Shown one piece after another: positions 36,375 to 46,922 of a DNA stretch of 64,000 nucleotides (its first letter is position 1; each line of letters starts with the position of its first letter). A program made the translations under genes and the position numbers. Below the pieces are notes generated by a model. The model worked only from the letters and a program-made list of their open reading frames with translations. It ran no database searches and was not told the DNA's origin. The DNA is taken from NCBI GenBank assembly GCA_947487385.1, contig CANKWU010000001.1, forward strand, positions 75,576 through 139,575, read 5' to 3'. Source of the DNA: Spartobacteria bacterium (GTDB lineage: Bacteria > Verrucomicrobiota > Verrucomicrobiia > Chthoniobacterales > UBA6821).

Positions 36375-37322
36375 TCAGTCGAGCGAAATACCAAATTCGC
36401 CGATCAGGCGATGAAGATCGTCGGAGCCGAAGTACTCGATCTCAATGCGACCTCTCTTATCTGCATGGTGTAGACTGACCCGGGTCGCGAAGCGGTGCTG
36501 AAGTTTGTTCTCCAGATGCTTCAAGGCAGGGGGAAGTTCAGCCATTGAGCGGCTCGTCTTTCCTCTACCTTTTTTTACTTTGGTGCCGGCCAGATGTGAC
36601 GCCACGAGCTGCTCGGCATCGCGTACTGAGGCATTTGCCCTGATCAGCTTCTCGGCCAGCAAGCGCTGCTCTTCCGGATTCTTGAGACCGAGCAGGACTT
36701 TAGCATGACCCACGGTTAGGCGCCCCTGGGTCAGGTGTGCCTGGACTTCGGGGTCGAGTTCCATGAGGCGCATTGCATTGGCGACGGCGGCTCGGCTTTT
36801 ACCGACGCGCTTGGCGATATCCTCCTGAGTCAGGCGGAATTCCTTGGAAAGGCGGCTGTAGGCGGCGGCCTCCTCGATGGGATTCAGGTCCGCCCGCTGG
36901 AGGTTCTCGATGAGGGCCAACTCAAGGACTTCCTGATCGGAGGCTTTGCGGACAATCACGGGGGCCTCGCTCAGGCCGACTTCGATAGAAGCGCGCATAC
37001 GGCGCTCACCGGCGATCAGTTCGTACTTGCCTCCCGCCAGTCGGACAATCAACGGCTGGATGATCCCACGTTCTCGGATGGAATCAACCAGATCGCGGAG
37101 CTGGTCATCCCGGAACTCGGTACGGGGTTGGAGAGGGCTAGCTACGATCTGGTCGAGGCGGATCTGCTGGATGCGCTCACCATGCTCCTCGGAGGGAACC
37201 TGCGCCGCCACCCGCGAGTTGATCAGGGCCCCAAGGCCTTTGCCCAATCCTTTGCCGAGACCCTTTCCTAGTCCTTTTGCGGCTGATCCTTTGGGTGTGT
37301 TTCCTGAATCTGACGTGGCCAT
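36375..37322 (-). CDS. parB: chromosome partitioning protein ParB
   Basis: Start trimmed to the ATG at 37322. N-terminal (KGLG)x4-ALI, ParB box IQPLIVR, the CTP-binding GERRMRA motif, an HTH (LTQEDIAKRVGKSRAAVANAMRL) and a C-terminal dimerisation region. Confidence 0.9.
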   Translation of the reverse strand: MATSDSGNTPKGSAAKGLGKGLGKGLGKGLGALINSRVAAQVPSEEHGERIQQIRLDQIVASPLQPRTEFRDDQLRDLVDSIRERGIIQPLIVRLAGGKYELIAGERRMRASIEVGLSEAPVIVRKASDQEVLELALIENLQRADLNPIEEAAAYSRLSKEFRLTQEDIAKRVGKSRAAVANAMRLMELDPEVQAHLTQGRLTVGHAKVLLGLKNPEEQRLLAEKLIRANASVRDAEQLVASHLAGTKVKKGRGKTSRSMAELPPALKHLENKLQHRFATRVSLHHADKRGRIEIEYFGSDDLHRLIGEFGISLD

Positions 37323-37405
37323 GAAGTGGAGCGTAGAGCAGGCAGTTAGGGATCGGGAAGAAAAAGGTGTGGCAGGTTGGCTTACAGAACGTTCAGCATC
37401 CCGGA

Positions 37406-38098
37406 ATGTTTCCCAAACTGGATCTCCTAATTCCCGTGCTTCCCGAGGAATCGTTCGACGGGCCAATGCAGATGGCGTTAGACGAAGTGCTGCTCGGGCA
37501 GGTGTCGATGCCAACGCTCAGGATTTACAAGTGGAAGTCTCCCTGGGTGACATTTGGCTACTTTCAAGGGATAAAAGAAGTTCAGTATAGTTTTCCCAGC
37601 CAGTCTGTCGTGAGGCGCTGGACTGGGGGAGGGATGGTCTTTCACGGAGAGGATGAGGATTTGACTTTTTCCCTGATGATTCCGGCCGGGGAAAAAGTAG
37701 CGACTGAATCTCCGGCTTCTTTTTACAAGCAGCTACACGGAAAACTGGCCGAGTGGATTCGGGCTCAGCTTCCGGTCTCGGTGAATCTCGCAGGGTTTGA
37801 GGATGTGAAGCCAGGGGCTTCATGCTTTCAGGCGCCGGCTAATGACGATCTCCTTATTCAGGGAAGGAAGGTACTTGGAGGTGCTCTCCGACGCAGTGGG
37901 GGAGGACTGCTCTACCAAGGCAGTCTGAAGATATCAGATATCCCGGGATGGGATCGTCTTCGAATTTCTCCGATGGCATGGGCGGGTGCGTTCAGTGATT
38001 CCCTTGAGCCAAAGCAACTTGATGCGCTGATCCTACAGGAAGCCGAGGAGTTGATCAGGATGCGCTATGGAACTACTGAATGGAATCAGCGCAAATAA
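37406..38098 (+). CDS. lipoate-protein ligase family (BPL/LplA/LipB catalytic domain) protein
   Basis: Start trimmed to MFPKLDL... Motifs are ..MALDEVLL.., ..TLRIYKW..PWVTFGYFQ.., ..VVRRWTGGGMVFHG.. and ..RKVLGGALRR... Confidence 0.7.
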   Translation: MFPKLDLLIPVLPEESFDGPMQMALDEVLLGQVSMPTLRIYKWKSPWVTFGYFQGIKEVQYSFPSQSVVRRWTGGGMVFHGEDEDLTFSLMIPAGEKVATESPASFYKQLHGKLAEWIRAQLPVSVNLAGFEDVKPGASCFQAPANDDLLIQGRKVLGGALRRSGGGLLYQGSLKISDIPGWDRLRISPMAWAGAFSDSLEPKQLDALILQEAEELIRMRYGTTEWNQRK

Positions 38099-38225
38099 AT
38101 CAAAGGCACGCGAGGACAGGGGAGTCTTAGATTTCTTGGGTACTGCATGTCGCTATTGTAGCACGAAAGGGGTTGTCTTTCTTGCAGTAATCAAGCTGAA
38201 TTCACAACTTAGCTCACTAATCCAA

Positions 38226-39230
38226 ATGACTCGAAACCTACTTTTCGCCTCTCTGCTAGCCGTGTCTGTTTTTCAGGCAAACGCCGGCACGGCACTCAAT
38301 GCCTCTGGGGCCACTTTCCCAGCCCCCATTTATCTTCGCTGGGCTTCTGATTTTCACAAGGCCTTCCCTGATATCAACGTGAACTACCAAGGAGTCGGAA
38401 GCGGTGCGGGCATTAAACAATTCACGGACGGAATCACGGATTTTGGCGCCAGTGATCTCGCGATGTCCGACGCCGAGATCGCCAAGGTCAACGGCAATGT
38501 CCTCATGCTGCCTGCAACGGCAGGAACGATCGTGCTCGCCTACAACATCCCCGGAGTTCAGGGCGGCTTGAAGCTCTCCCGCATCGCTTATGTCGGCATC
38601 CTGCTGGGCAGCATCAAGAGATGGAATGATCCCGCCATTGTCAAGGAGAACGCCGGAATCACGCTTCCTAATCTTCCAATTACAGTTGTCGCCCGTTCGG
38701 ATGGCAGCGGAACCACCGCCGTCTTCACCACTCACCTGGACGCGATCAGCCCCGAGTTCACCAGCACGGTCGGAAGCGGCAAGTCGGTGACCTGGCCGGT
38801 CGGTGTTGCCGGCAAGGGCAACGACGGTGTGACCGCTCTGATCAAGCAGACCCCTGGAGCCATTGGCTATGTGGAGTTCGGGTATGCCGAGAACAATAAA
38901 CTGAACATGGCCTCTCTTCAGAACAAGGCAGGTAACTTCATCGCCCCAACCATTGAGAGTGGTGCCGCGACATTGGCTTCAGTGAAGCTTCCCGAGAATC
39001 TCCGCGCTTTCATCACCGATCCCGAGGGTGCCAATGATTACCCTATCGCCACCTTCACCTGGCTCCTTGTGAAGAAGATTTATACGGATGCCAACAAGGC
39101 GGCAGCGGTCAAGGCCTTCGTAACCTATGGACTCACCACGGGTCAGGCTATCGCTCCCGAACTCGGATACATCACGCTTCCTGCAAGCGTGGTCACTCAG
39201 GTTCAGGCCGTGCTGGCGACTGTCAAGTAA
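38226..39230 (+). CDS. pstS: phosphate ABC transporter substrate-binding protein
   Basis: Start at the ATG at 38226 with a signal peptide. Motifs are GSGATFPAPIY, YQGVGSGAGI and RSDGSGTT. Confidence 0.93.
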   Translation: MTRNLLFASLLAVSVFQANAGTALNASGATFPAPIYLRWASDFHKAFPDINVNYQGVGSGAGIKQFTDGITDFGASDLAMSDAEIAKVNGNVLMLPATAGTIVLAYNIPGVQGGLKLSRIAYVGILLGSIKRWNDPAIVKENAGITLPNLPITVVARSDGSGTTAVFTTHLDAISPEFTSTVGSGKSVTWPVGVAGKGNDGVTALIKQTPGAIGYVEFGYAENNKLNMASLQNKAGNFIAPTIESGAATLASVKLPENLRAFITDPEGANDYPIATFTWLLVKKIYTDANKAAAVKAFVTYGLTTGQAIAPELGYITLPASVVTQVQAVLATVK

Positions 39231-39268
39231 CGTCTCTCTCACCATCCTACCAGCTGGTTATAATCCCC

Positions 39269-40231
39269 GTGGGCGGAAATATCTCAACGACTGCACCTGC
39301 TCGTCCTTTCACCCAGGAATACCGTCCGCGTCCGGATTTCTTCCGGATGGCCTGTCTGCTAGCCTCAGTCCTTACCATCACTCTCCTGGCTTTTATTGTC
39401 GGGGAGATTTTATTCAAGGCTTGGCCAGCCATCAGCAAGTTCGGACTCGGATTCATCACGGGTAAACAATGGAGTCCTAATAGAGAGGTCTTTGGTGTTC
39501 TTCCGGTGCTCATCGGTACCACTGCCAGCAGTTTTCTAGCGCTGCTTGTGTCGCTTCCCTTGGGCTTGGCTATTGCGATTTTCCTCAGCGAGGATTTTTT
39601 CCCTGGACCCGTGCGCCAAGTCATTCGATTCGTGGTGGAGACGCTGGCGGCTATTCCCAGCGTGGTCTACGGACTCTGGGGAATCTTCGTGGTGATTCCT
39701 CTCGTCCAGCAGTACGGGGCGGTGATTGCCGCCAAGTTTGGCATTATTCCATTCCTGGCAGGCCCCGCCTATGGGAATAGTCTACTGACGGCCAGTCTGG
39801 TACTGGCCCTAATGGTCCTTCCGACCATCACAGCCATCTCGCGCTCCTCCTTGGTTGCGGTTCCATATACCTTGCGCGAAGGGTCCTATGCCCTGGGAGC
39901 CACTCGCTGGGAAACGATCCTCAAAGTCATTATTCCAACAGCTGCTCCCGGTATCGTCGCCTCCTCAATCTTAGCCTTCGGCAGAGCCATGGGCGAGACG
40001 ATGGCCGTTGCCATGCTTATCGGAAACAGCCAGCGTCTCTCTTGGTCGCTACTCTCACCCTCTAATACCCTCTCCGCCCTTCTTGCCAATCAGTTTGCGG
40101 AGGCCGATGGCATTCAGGTCAGCGCTCTCATGTATGCCGCCGCCCTGCTTATCGTGCTTACCCTCGGGGTCAATATCGCAGGCGAGGCGGTTCTCCGTCA
40201 TACCCAGAAAGCGACTGCAGGCCTTCGCTGA
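39269..40231 (+). CDS. pstC: phosphate ABC transporter permease PstC
   Basis: Six-TM permease with EGSYALGATRWETI.. (EAA loop). GTG start as in the track; the start is uncertain. Confidence 0.9.
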   Translation: MGGNISTTAPARPFTQEYRPRPDFFRMACLLASVLTITLLAFIVGEILFKAWPAISKFGLGFITGKQWSPNREVFGVLPVLIGTTASSFLALLVSLPLGLAIAIFLSEDFFPGPVRQVIRFVVETLAAIPSVVYGLWGIFVVIPLVQQYGAVIAAKFGIIPFLAGPAYGNSLLTASLVLALMVLPTITAISRSSLVAVPYTLREGSYALGATRWETILKVIIPTAAPGIVASSILAFGRAMGETMAVAMLIGNSQRLSWSLLSPSNTLSALLANQFAEADGIQVSALMYAAALLIVLTLGVNIAGEAVLRHTQKATAGLR

Positions 40232-40244
40232 ACCTAATCGAGTC

Positions 40245-41135
40245 ATGACAAGCACTGCTGCCACCTCAGCGAGGAATTTCTTTTCCCATGCTGGAAAAAA
40301 GACCTCTTTCCTCAGGTTGTTCCGTAACCACTTCCTGACAGGTCTCTGTATCGCCCTCTCCCTGCTGACGCTAGTTCCGCTTTTTTCGATTGTCGTTCTG
40401 GTTATTCAAAACGGCCTTCCTCTGCTTTCAACAAATCTCTTCACGCAGCTTCCTCCAGCTCCCGGAATGGAGGGGGGAGGTTTTGGCAATGCGATTGTCG
40501 GGACTCTCGTGATGGTCGGAATCGCCCTTTTTATCTCGGTTCCACTTGGTATTCTCGCCGCAGTTTTCGTGAATGAGTACGCATCCGCCTCATGGCTGGC
40601 GACGCTCGTTCGCTTCGTTGCTAAATTGCTGACCGGTATTCCCTCGATCATCTGTGGTGTTTTTGCATTTGCCGCGGTGGTGATGACGACACACAAGTTC
40701 TCGGCACTCGCTGGCGGAATTGCCCTGGCCATCCTCATCCTTCCGACGATCTTGCTAACTGCCGAGCAGTCTCTAATGGGCGTCCCGTACGCTTTTCGCG
40801 AAGCTTCGTTCGGTGTCGGAGCGACTCCATTTCAGACGATCTGGCGCATTGTCCTTCCCGAGGCGATGCCAGCCATCATGACCGGGGTCATGCTAGCCGT
40901 GGCGCGAGCTGCTGGAGAGACAGCCCCCGTGCTCTTCACTGCTCTTTTTAGCCAGAACTGGATCAAGAGTATCATGGAGCCGACAGCCTCCCTCTCGGTG
41001 CTGATCTATAACTTCGCCTCTCTTCCCTATGCCTATCACATCAAACTCGCATGGTCTGCCTCGCTGATTCTCGTTGCACTTGTGACGCTCAGTAACATCC
41101 TGGCCCAGGTGATCTTTGCTCCCAAACACCGTTAA
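40245..41135 (+). CDS. pstA: phosphate ABC transporter permease PstA
   Basis: Start trimmed to the ATG at 40245 (MTSTAATS..). EAA loop is REASFGVGATPFQTIWRIVLP. Confidence 0.9.
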   Translation: MTSTAATSARNFFSHAGKKTSFLRLFRNHFLTGLCIALSLLTLVPLFSIVVLVIQNGLPLLSTNLFTQLPPAPGMEGGGFGNAIVGTLVMVGIALFISVPLGILAAVFVNEYASASWLATLVRFVAKLLTGIPSIICGVFAFAAVVMTTHKFSALAGGIALAILILPTILLTAEQSLMGVPYAFREASFGVGATPFQTIWRIVLPEAMPAIMTGVMLAVARAAGETAPVLFTALFSQNWIKSIMEPTASLSVLIYNFASLPYAYHIKLAWSASLILVALVTLSNILAQVIFAPKHR

Positions 41136-41186
41136 TCCATCTTTACATTCCGATACGGAACTATCTCCATCGACATACACGCAGCC

Positions 41187-41999
41187 ATGACAACCAAAGC
41201 TTCCCAAGACCCTTTGGCACTCTCCAATGATTTTGTTTCTGGTGAAACGAACTTTATCAAGGTCGACAACTTCAAGTTCTTCTACGGCAAGAAGGAGGCT
41301 CTCCACGGGATTAATTTGGAGATTCCTTCACGAAAAGTGACCGCCTTTATCGGCCCCTCGGGCTGCGGAAAGTCGACTCTTCTCCGCAACTTTAATCGGA
41401 TGAACGAACTCATCCCCGGAGTGCGGCACGAGGGGGATATCACGATCCACGGCATGAGCATCTACGATCCCTCGGTTGAGATTATCGCCCTTCGTCGTCG
41501 AATCGGGATGGTCTTCCAGAAATCGAATCCTTTCCCCATGTCGATTTACGAGAATATCGTCTATCCTCTTCGTATCGCCGGTCAGAACAACCGTTCCATC
41601 CTCGATGAGACAGTGGAGCGTTGCCTCCGTTCGGCGGCTCTCTGGGATGAAGCTAAGGATCGCCTTAACGATAGCGCCCTCGGTCTCTCAGGCGGACAAA
41701 TGCAGCGCCTCTGTATCGCTCGTGCGGTTGCCAGCCGTCCCGAGATCTTGCTCATGGATGAACCATGCTCGGCCCTTGATCCGATCGCGACTGCAAAGGT
41801 CGAGGAGCTTATCATCGAACTTAAGAGGGACTTCACGATCGTGATCGTCACCCACAATATGCAGCAAGCGAGTCGTGTGTCAGAACTTACTGCCTTCTTC
41901 TACCTGGGTAATCTCATTGAGTTTGATGACACCCGCAAGATCTTCAATAATCCCTCGATGAAGCAGACCGAGGAATACATTACTGGCAGATTCGGTTGA
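41187..41999 (+). CDS. pstB: phosphate ABC transporter ATP-binding protein
   Basis: [38 protein letters not shown] and IVTHNMQQA. Confidence 0.96.
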   Translation: MTTKASQDPLALSNDFVSGETNFIKVDNFKFFYGKKEALHGINLEIPSRKVTAFIGPSGCGKSTLLRNFNRMNELIPGVRHEGDITIHGMSIYDPSVEIIALRRRIGMVFQKSNPFPMSIYENIVYPLRIAGQNNRSILDETVERCLRSAALWDEAKDRLNDSALGLSGGQMQRLCIARAVASRPEILLMDEPCSALDPIATAKVEELIIELKRDFTIVIVTHNMQQASRVSELTAFFYLGNLIEFDDTRKIFNNPSMKQTEEYITGRFG

Positions 42000-42016
42000 T
42001 CACTTCTCTCCTATTC

Positions 42017-42703
42017 ATGTACAAAGAACCCGCTAAGCCCCACACGCTCTCGAATTTCACAACGGCTCTCGACCACCTCCGTAGCAGCGTGCTCAGGATG
42101 TCGAGCCTCGCACAGCTCAACCTTAAGAATTCCATCAAGGGGTTGCTCGAGCGTGATGATGACTGGTGTAATAATTGTATCGCCGAAGATGAGGAGATTG
42201 ACCTGCTGGAGATGCAGATCGACCATGAGGGCATCGAGGTGATGAGTCGTTTCCATCCTTTTGCTTCTGATTTACGCGAGGTGATCTCCTCGATAAAAAT
42301 CGGTGCAAACATTGAACGCATCGCCGATCAAGCCGTCAATATCGCTCGTCGCGCTCGCAAGCTCAACGAGCAACCTGAGTTGCCGGAGCTCCATCTGCTG
42401 GACAATCCGATCCGCCTTTCCTTGGGGATGTTCGATGATGCTGTCTCAGCCTTTGCGGAGCGAAATGCGGCTCTGGCCATAGAAATTAAATCCCGTGATA
42501 AGGAGCTCGATCTGCTCAATAAGAAACTCACCGATATCCTGATTAATAAGATGCAGGATGATTCCGCGAATCTCCCGAGTTATCTCAACCTGATCTTTAT
42601 CAGCCGCTGCCTGGAGCGTATTGGCGACCATGCCTGCAATATCGCCGAGGATATCGTCTTTGCAGTAAGAGCTGAGGATATCAGGCATCTTGGCAAACAG
42701 TAG
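42017..42703 (+). CDS. phoU: phosphate signalling complex protein PhoU
   Basis: Two PhoU repeats (..ERIADQAVNIA.. and ..ERIGDHACNIAEDI..). Start set to the ATG at 42017; the track ORF starts at the TTG at 41996. Confidence 0.92.
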   Translation: MYKEPAKPHTLSNFTTALDHLRSSVLRMSSLAQLNLKNSIKGLLERDDDWCNNCIAEDEEIDLLEMQIDHEGIEVMSRFHPFASDLREVISSIKIGANIERIADQAVNIARRARKLNEQPELPELHLLDNPIRLSLGMFDDAVSAFAERNAALAIEIKSRDKELDLLNKKLTDILINKMQDDSANLPSYLNLIFISRCLERIGDHACNIAEDIVFAVRAEDIRHLGKQ

Positions 42704-42804
42704 TCACTGGGCTTCCCAGGCCTCGCCTCTGAAATCTGTTCCGGGATGGGAGATTTTCTCCTTGAACAGGGGGGGCAGGACCCTAGCCTTACAGACACTC
42801 ATTT

Positions 42805-45177
42805 ATGCGTTGTTTCTTTCTTTTTTCCGTATTCCTACTGTTCGCCAGCGGCTTGCTGCGGGCCCAGTTTGGTAATTTCGGCGATAAGCCAGTAGAAATC
42901 ACCGCAGATGGTGACACGCGCTTTGAAAACGGCTCCGCAATCGCCGACCATAATGTCCAGATTCATTATAACGGCATCGCTATTTATGCGGATCACGCTG
43001 AATACAATCCCGATACCCGCGATGTTCTGCTTCTTGGGAATGTTCGGATTTACAGCGGCGATGATCTTTTTAACGGACAGCGGGTCTTCTATAATCTGGA
43101 AACCAAGCAGACGCGGGCACTGGAATTTGATGGGGGTCATTATCCTCTGAAGTCCAGCTCTCTCTCTGCCCGTGGATTTGGGACTCGCCAGTTCACGCTT
43201 AGTGACTCCTCCATCACCACATCGGACTCCTCGATGCCCGACTGGCATGTGCAGGCGAAGACGATCCGTCTCTATCCGAACGATCGTGTGGTGATGCTGA
43301 ATTCCACCGTTTATGTGGGCAAGATCCCTGTATTTTGGCTTCCCTACTCCTATTCTAGCCTCTCGCACCAAGGATTGCAGTTCTCTCCCGGATATGATTC
43401 GAACTGGGGCGGTTATCTTCTTACTTCCTACACATTTCCGCTAGGTACCAGCGATAATTTCCTCGCAACCTTTCGCTCAGATTACAGGACCGAGCATGGT
43501 TATGCGGTTGGCTTTAATGCCAATCTCAAATTCGGGAAGAACGATCGTAACGTCGGCCAGTTCATTTCGTACTACGCCAATGACACTAGTCCCGGAGACT
43601 TTTTCAATGCGATTCCTGCCCCAACTCCTGGAGCATCTCGCTACCGTGTCGGTTTCAAGCAGCATCTTTATTTCTCGGATGATGTCTATGCTACGTTCGA
43701 TATCACGAAGTTAAGCGACGCTAATTTCATGGAGAATTACTACCCCGTGGAAAACCGATACAATCCTCAGCCTGATAACAATATCACACTGACCAAGTTG
43801 GACGATATTTACGCCATGTCCCTAGTGACTCGCTGGCAGATGAACGGATTTCAGGAGACAACCGAGAGAAAGCCTGAGTTGGCAATCGATTTCAAGCAAG
43901 AGCCACTCTTCGGCCTGCCGATTTTCTACGACGGGACAACGGCGCTCGGTCAGCTGAATCGTGATTTTTCTGATAATATTCCGCAAGGTCTCACTAATGT
44001 TCCGAGTAATATCAACTATGGTAGTGCGCGATTCGACACGTTCCATCAGCTCAGTGCGGCGCAGACCCTCTTTGGCTGGCTCTCCACTATCCCCACAGTC
44101 GGTATCCGGGGAACCTATTACTCGCAGGGCAGTTACTATACAAATGCCTCGGGTCAGAACGTTCCTTATCCTTACACACCCACTACAAATAACACACTAG
44201 TTACAACCGGAAGCCAGGTCAGGGCGATCGTTAATGCCAGCCTGGAAAACTCCTTCAAAATCTCCCAAAGCTTCGAGGGGGTTCAATCAGGTTGGCTAGC
44301 ATTGGATGGACTTAGGCATATCTTTCAGCCCTACAGCATGCTTTCCGGAGTCTATGCGGGGGGGCCGAATGTGAATCAGATTCCGCAGTTCGACCGATTG
44401 CTACCCAATAATCCAAATTCCACTACGAAATCGGGATACCAGCCGAGTTCCACACAGCTCCAACCGTTGGATTTTCCGGAGTTCGCAGCCATAGACGCAA
44501 TCGACAGTTGGGCGATCTGGCGTCTTGGTGTGCGTAACCGTCTCCAGACCCGTCGCGATGGAGAGACTGTTGACTGGTTTTATGTGGACAGCTTTGCGGA
44601 TGTGAACGGGCTCAATCCCTACATGAACGGCCCCCTTTCCAATCTCAATAATAGATTTACCTTTGCCCCCGTGAGTTGGTTCAACTTCAAGGTGGGATCT
44701 CAGGTGCCGCTTGTCTCTGAGGGCTTCACCGAACTCAACACGGATCTCATGTTCATGCCGGCACGTAATTTTAGCTTTGGATTCGGCTCCCGTTACATCA
44801 ATAACTACCAAGGTTTGAACACTTCGGGAGATCTTAATCAGAACTACAATCAGAACGGGAACCAGTATCCTTTCAGTGCGTTCTGGCGTGTGAACGATCA
44901 CTGGTCAATGAGCGCCCAGGAACTTTACAACGTGCAGCCGGGTCAACCTAATGCGCTCATCTACGAGCGGTACATGATCCATCGCGATCTCTCCAGTTGG
45001 ATCGTTTCGCTGGGCGTCGAGGTTCGCAATAACCAAGCCCAGGGCACTTCCAGTCAACAGACTCAGTACGGAGCTCTTCTCAGTCTGACGCTTAAGGATC
45101 TTCCCCAGGTCACGCTTCCCTTTGCTTTCAGTCCAGCCTCTCAGGCAGGATCGAGCCCTATCTCGGCATCGCGCTGA
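42805..45177 (+). CDS. lptD: LPS-assembly outer membrane protein LptD-like
   Basis: Signal peptide. OstA-type N-terminal jellyroll (..ITADGDTRFENG..HYNGIAIYADHAEYNPDTRDVLLLGNVRI..). The C-terminal region, roughly 550 aa, is rich in aromatic and Gly/Asn/Ser beta-strand pattern. Confidence 0.75.
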   Translation: MRCFFLFSVFLLFASGLLRAQFGNFGDKPVEITADGDTRFENGSAIADHNVQIHYNGIAIYADHAEYNPDTRDVLLLGNVRIYSGDDLFNGQRVFYNLETKQTRALEFDGGHYPLKSSSLSARGFGTRQFTLSDSSITTSDSSMPDWHVQAKTIRLYPNDRVVMLNSTVYVGKIPVFWLPYSYSSLSHQGLQFSPGYDSNWGGYLLTSYTFPLGTSDNFLATFRSDYRTEHGYAVGFNANLKFGKNDRNVGQFISYYANDTSPGDFFNAIPAPTPGASRYRVGFKQHLYFSDDVYATFDITKLSDANFMENYYPVENRYNPQPDNNITLTKLDDIYAMSLVTRWQMNGFQETTERKPELAIDFKQEPLFGLPIFYDGTTALGQLNRDFSDNIPQGLTNVPSNINYGSARFDTFHQLSAAQTLFGWLSTIPTVGIRGTYYSQGSYYTNASGQNVPYPYTPTTNNTLVTTGSQVRAIVNASLENSFKISQSFEGVQSGWLALDGLRHIFQPYSMLSGVYAGGPNVNQIPQFDRLLPNNPNSTTKSGYQPSSTQLQPLDFPEFAAIDAIDSWAIWRLGVRNRLQTRRDGETVDWFYVDSFADVNGLNPYMNGPLSNLNNRFTFAPVSWFNFKVGSQVPLVSEGFTELNTDLMFMPARNFSFGFGSRYINNYQGLNTSGDLNQNYNQNGNQYPFSAFWRVNDHWSMSAQELYNVQPGQPNALIYERYMIHRDLSSWIVSLGVEVRNNQAQGTSSQQTQYGALLSLTLKDLPQVTLPFAFSPASQAGSSPISASR

Positions 45178-45220
45178 TTGGATATCCGTTCAGCTTTTCA
45201 ATGGGTAGGATGTTGGGGTG

Positions 45221-46252
45221 CTAATGGGAACTTTGCTCCAGCACCTTGAAGGCATCACCGGCATCTCCCGGGATAAGGAAGCGGCTGGATGAGCCTAAAA
45301 TTTTCTTAGGTGAGATCCATTCATTAAGGAATTCCCTTTGCGTGGAGAAAGATTCTTCCTTCCATCCAAGAGATTCGCCCCACGCGATGAGATCGCTGAA
45401 GTTCACATCTGCGGTGAGATCCTGTTTCCCAAAACGGGCATAGATTCGGGATCCGGTGATCCGTTCGTGATGAGTGTATCCTCGAAGTGACCCATAGGGT
45501 CTGTGCGAGTAAAGATTTGAGAAGGTATCTCCATAGTCGATAGTGAGAAGGAAGCCCTCCTTCCAAAGAGGGCCCCAAGCCCCAAGCCATTCCCGATAGG
45601 AGTCATGACGTTCCACTCTTTGGCCATCCGGTAAGTTGGTGAAATTCTTGAACCAGTCATCGTGAGACAGAGGGGCGGATGTGGTTTCAGAAAGAGAGGC
45701 ATCTGGGTGCAGGAGGATGCCTAGTTCGCTCCAAGCGCCTTCCGATTTTTGAAAGACCCTGCAGGGAAAGGCATCCACCAGCTCATTGCTAAAGATTAGG
45801 GCCATGCCGTCATTTTTTTTGAGCCCTTCTTCGAGCGAGTCGATCCACCGGACGCCTCGCCAGCGCAGGTTCTGCTTCTGCTTGGAGCGAAGAATGGGGG
45901 AGGTCTCGCAAATCATATAATCGACCAGCCAATGGGTCTTCCAATCGAGATGGCTAAGGACCGAACGCGCAAGCATGCCGCTGCCAGCCCCCACTTCGAT
46001 CACGGGAATCCTTCTCCATCCAAGTTCTCTTGCTCTTTGGATGATCCAGTGGCCGATGGCCTCTGCGAGCAGGGGATCCAGCGTAGCGGCAGTTGAAAAA
46101 TCACCCCCGCACCCCACATCGTGAATCTGTGACGAGTAGTAGCCGAAAGTCGGATGGTAAAGAGCCTCCCGCATGAAGCGTTCGAGGGGGATCATCCCAC
46201 CGCATTCATCCTGTACACTCTGTAGAAAGAGGAGGAGATCGCGTGCGGGCAC
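45221..46252 (-). CDS. class I SAM-dependent methyltransferase, MidA/NDUFAF7 (DUF185) family
   Basis: FMREALYHPTFGYYS, GDFSTAA.. and IEVGAGSGMLA. GTG start 2 nt after the thiE stop. Confidence 0.78.
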   Translation of the reverse strand: MPARDLLLFLQSVQDECGGMIPLERFMREALYHPTFGYYSSQIHDVGCGGDFSTAATLDPLLAEAIGHWIIQRARELGWRRIPVIEVGAGSGMLARSVLSHLDWKTHWLVDYMICETSPILRSKQKQNLRWRGVRWIDSLEEGLKKNDGMALIFSNELVDAFPCRVFQKSEGAWSELGILLHPDASLSETTSAPLSHDDWFKNFTNLPDGQRVERHDSYREWLGAWGPLWKEGFLLTIDYGDTFSNLYSHRPYGSLRGYTHHERITGSRIYARFGKQDLTADVNFSDLIAWGESLGWKEESFSTQREFLNEWISPKKILGSSSRFLIPGDAGDAFKVLEQSSH

Positions 46253-46254
46253 GG

Positions 46255-46881
46255 CTATCCGGGAAGAAGTACCCTACAAGCAGCCGTTCTGGCTGTGGGA
46301 TTGACAGCTGTCAGGAGGTCGGAAACGATGACGACGCGTTCTGCTCCAACATCAAGAACTGTGGGAAGATTGCCCAGATTGATTCCTCCGATACAGAAGA
46401 TAGGGAAAGGAAGTGAACGATAGACCTCCTTGATCAGTTCTGTTCCGATCGGTGTGTAGTCGGGTTTGGTGGCCGTAGCAAAGAGTGGACCGAAGCCGAT
46501 GTAGTCTGGTGACTCTGCAACAGCCGCCATGGCCTGATCTAGCGAATGAGTGGACTTGCCGATGATTGCTTCCGAACCCGCCAACCGACGAGCCGCCGCA
46601 ATGCTCAGGTCATCCTGCCCCACATGGGCACCACTTGCCCCGGTTTCGGGGACTAGGTCAGGATGATCATTCAGGATGAAGGCGATACCGGCCTGCTGAC
46701 AGATCGGCGAGAGTTCCAATGCCAAGGCGCGGATTTCCTCCCGACTTTCTTTCTTTGCCCTGAGTTGAAGGATGTCTACACCTCCCGCGATGAGCGAACG
46801 CGCCATCGCGCTCATGCGATCCCCCGCCACGTATCCTGTATCCAAGATCCCGTAGAGGCGGCAGAGAGAGATCGGTTTCAT
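46255..46881 (-). CDS. thiE: thiamine-phosphate synthase
   Basis: LYGILD, LQLRAK, HVGQDD, and ..YIGFGPLFAT.TK.. and IGGI motifs. Confidence 0.9.
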   Translation of the reverse strand: MKPISLCRLYGILDTGYVAGDRMSAMARSLIAGGVDILQLRAKKESREEIRALALELSPICQQAGIAFILNDHPDLVPETGASGAHVGQDDLSIAAARRLAGSEAIIGKSTHSLDQAMAAVAESPDYIGFGPLFATATKPDYTPIGTELIKEVYRSLPFPIFCIGGINLGNLPTVLDVGAERVVIVSDLLTAVNPTARTAACRVLLPG

Positions 46882-46922
46882 GTGATTGCAGAACCGCTCA
46901 CCCTTTCCCTAGTGCCGTGAGC

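Noticed and set aside
38099-38225. Pho-box search upstream of pstS.
   Set aside because: I could not find a convincing pair of CTGTCAT-type or TTAACA-type repeats by eye. This needs a clade-specific PWM.
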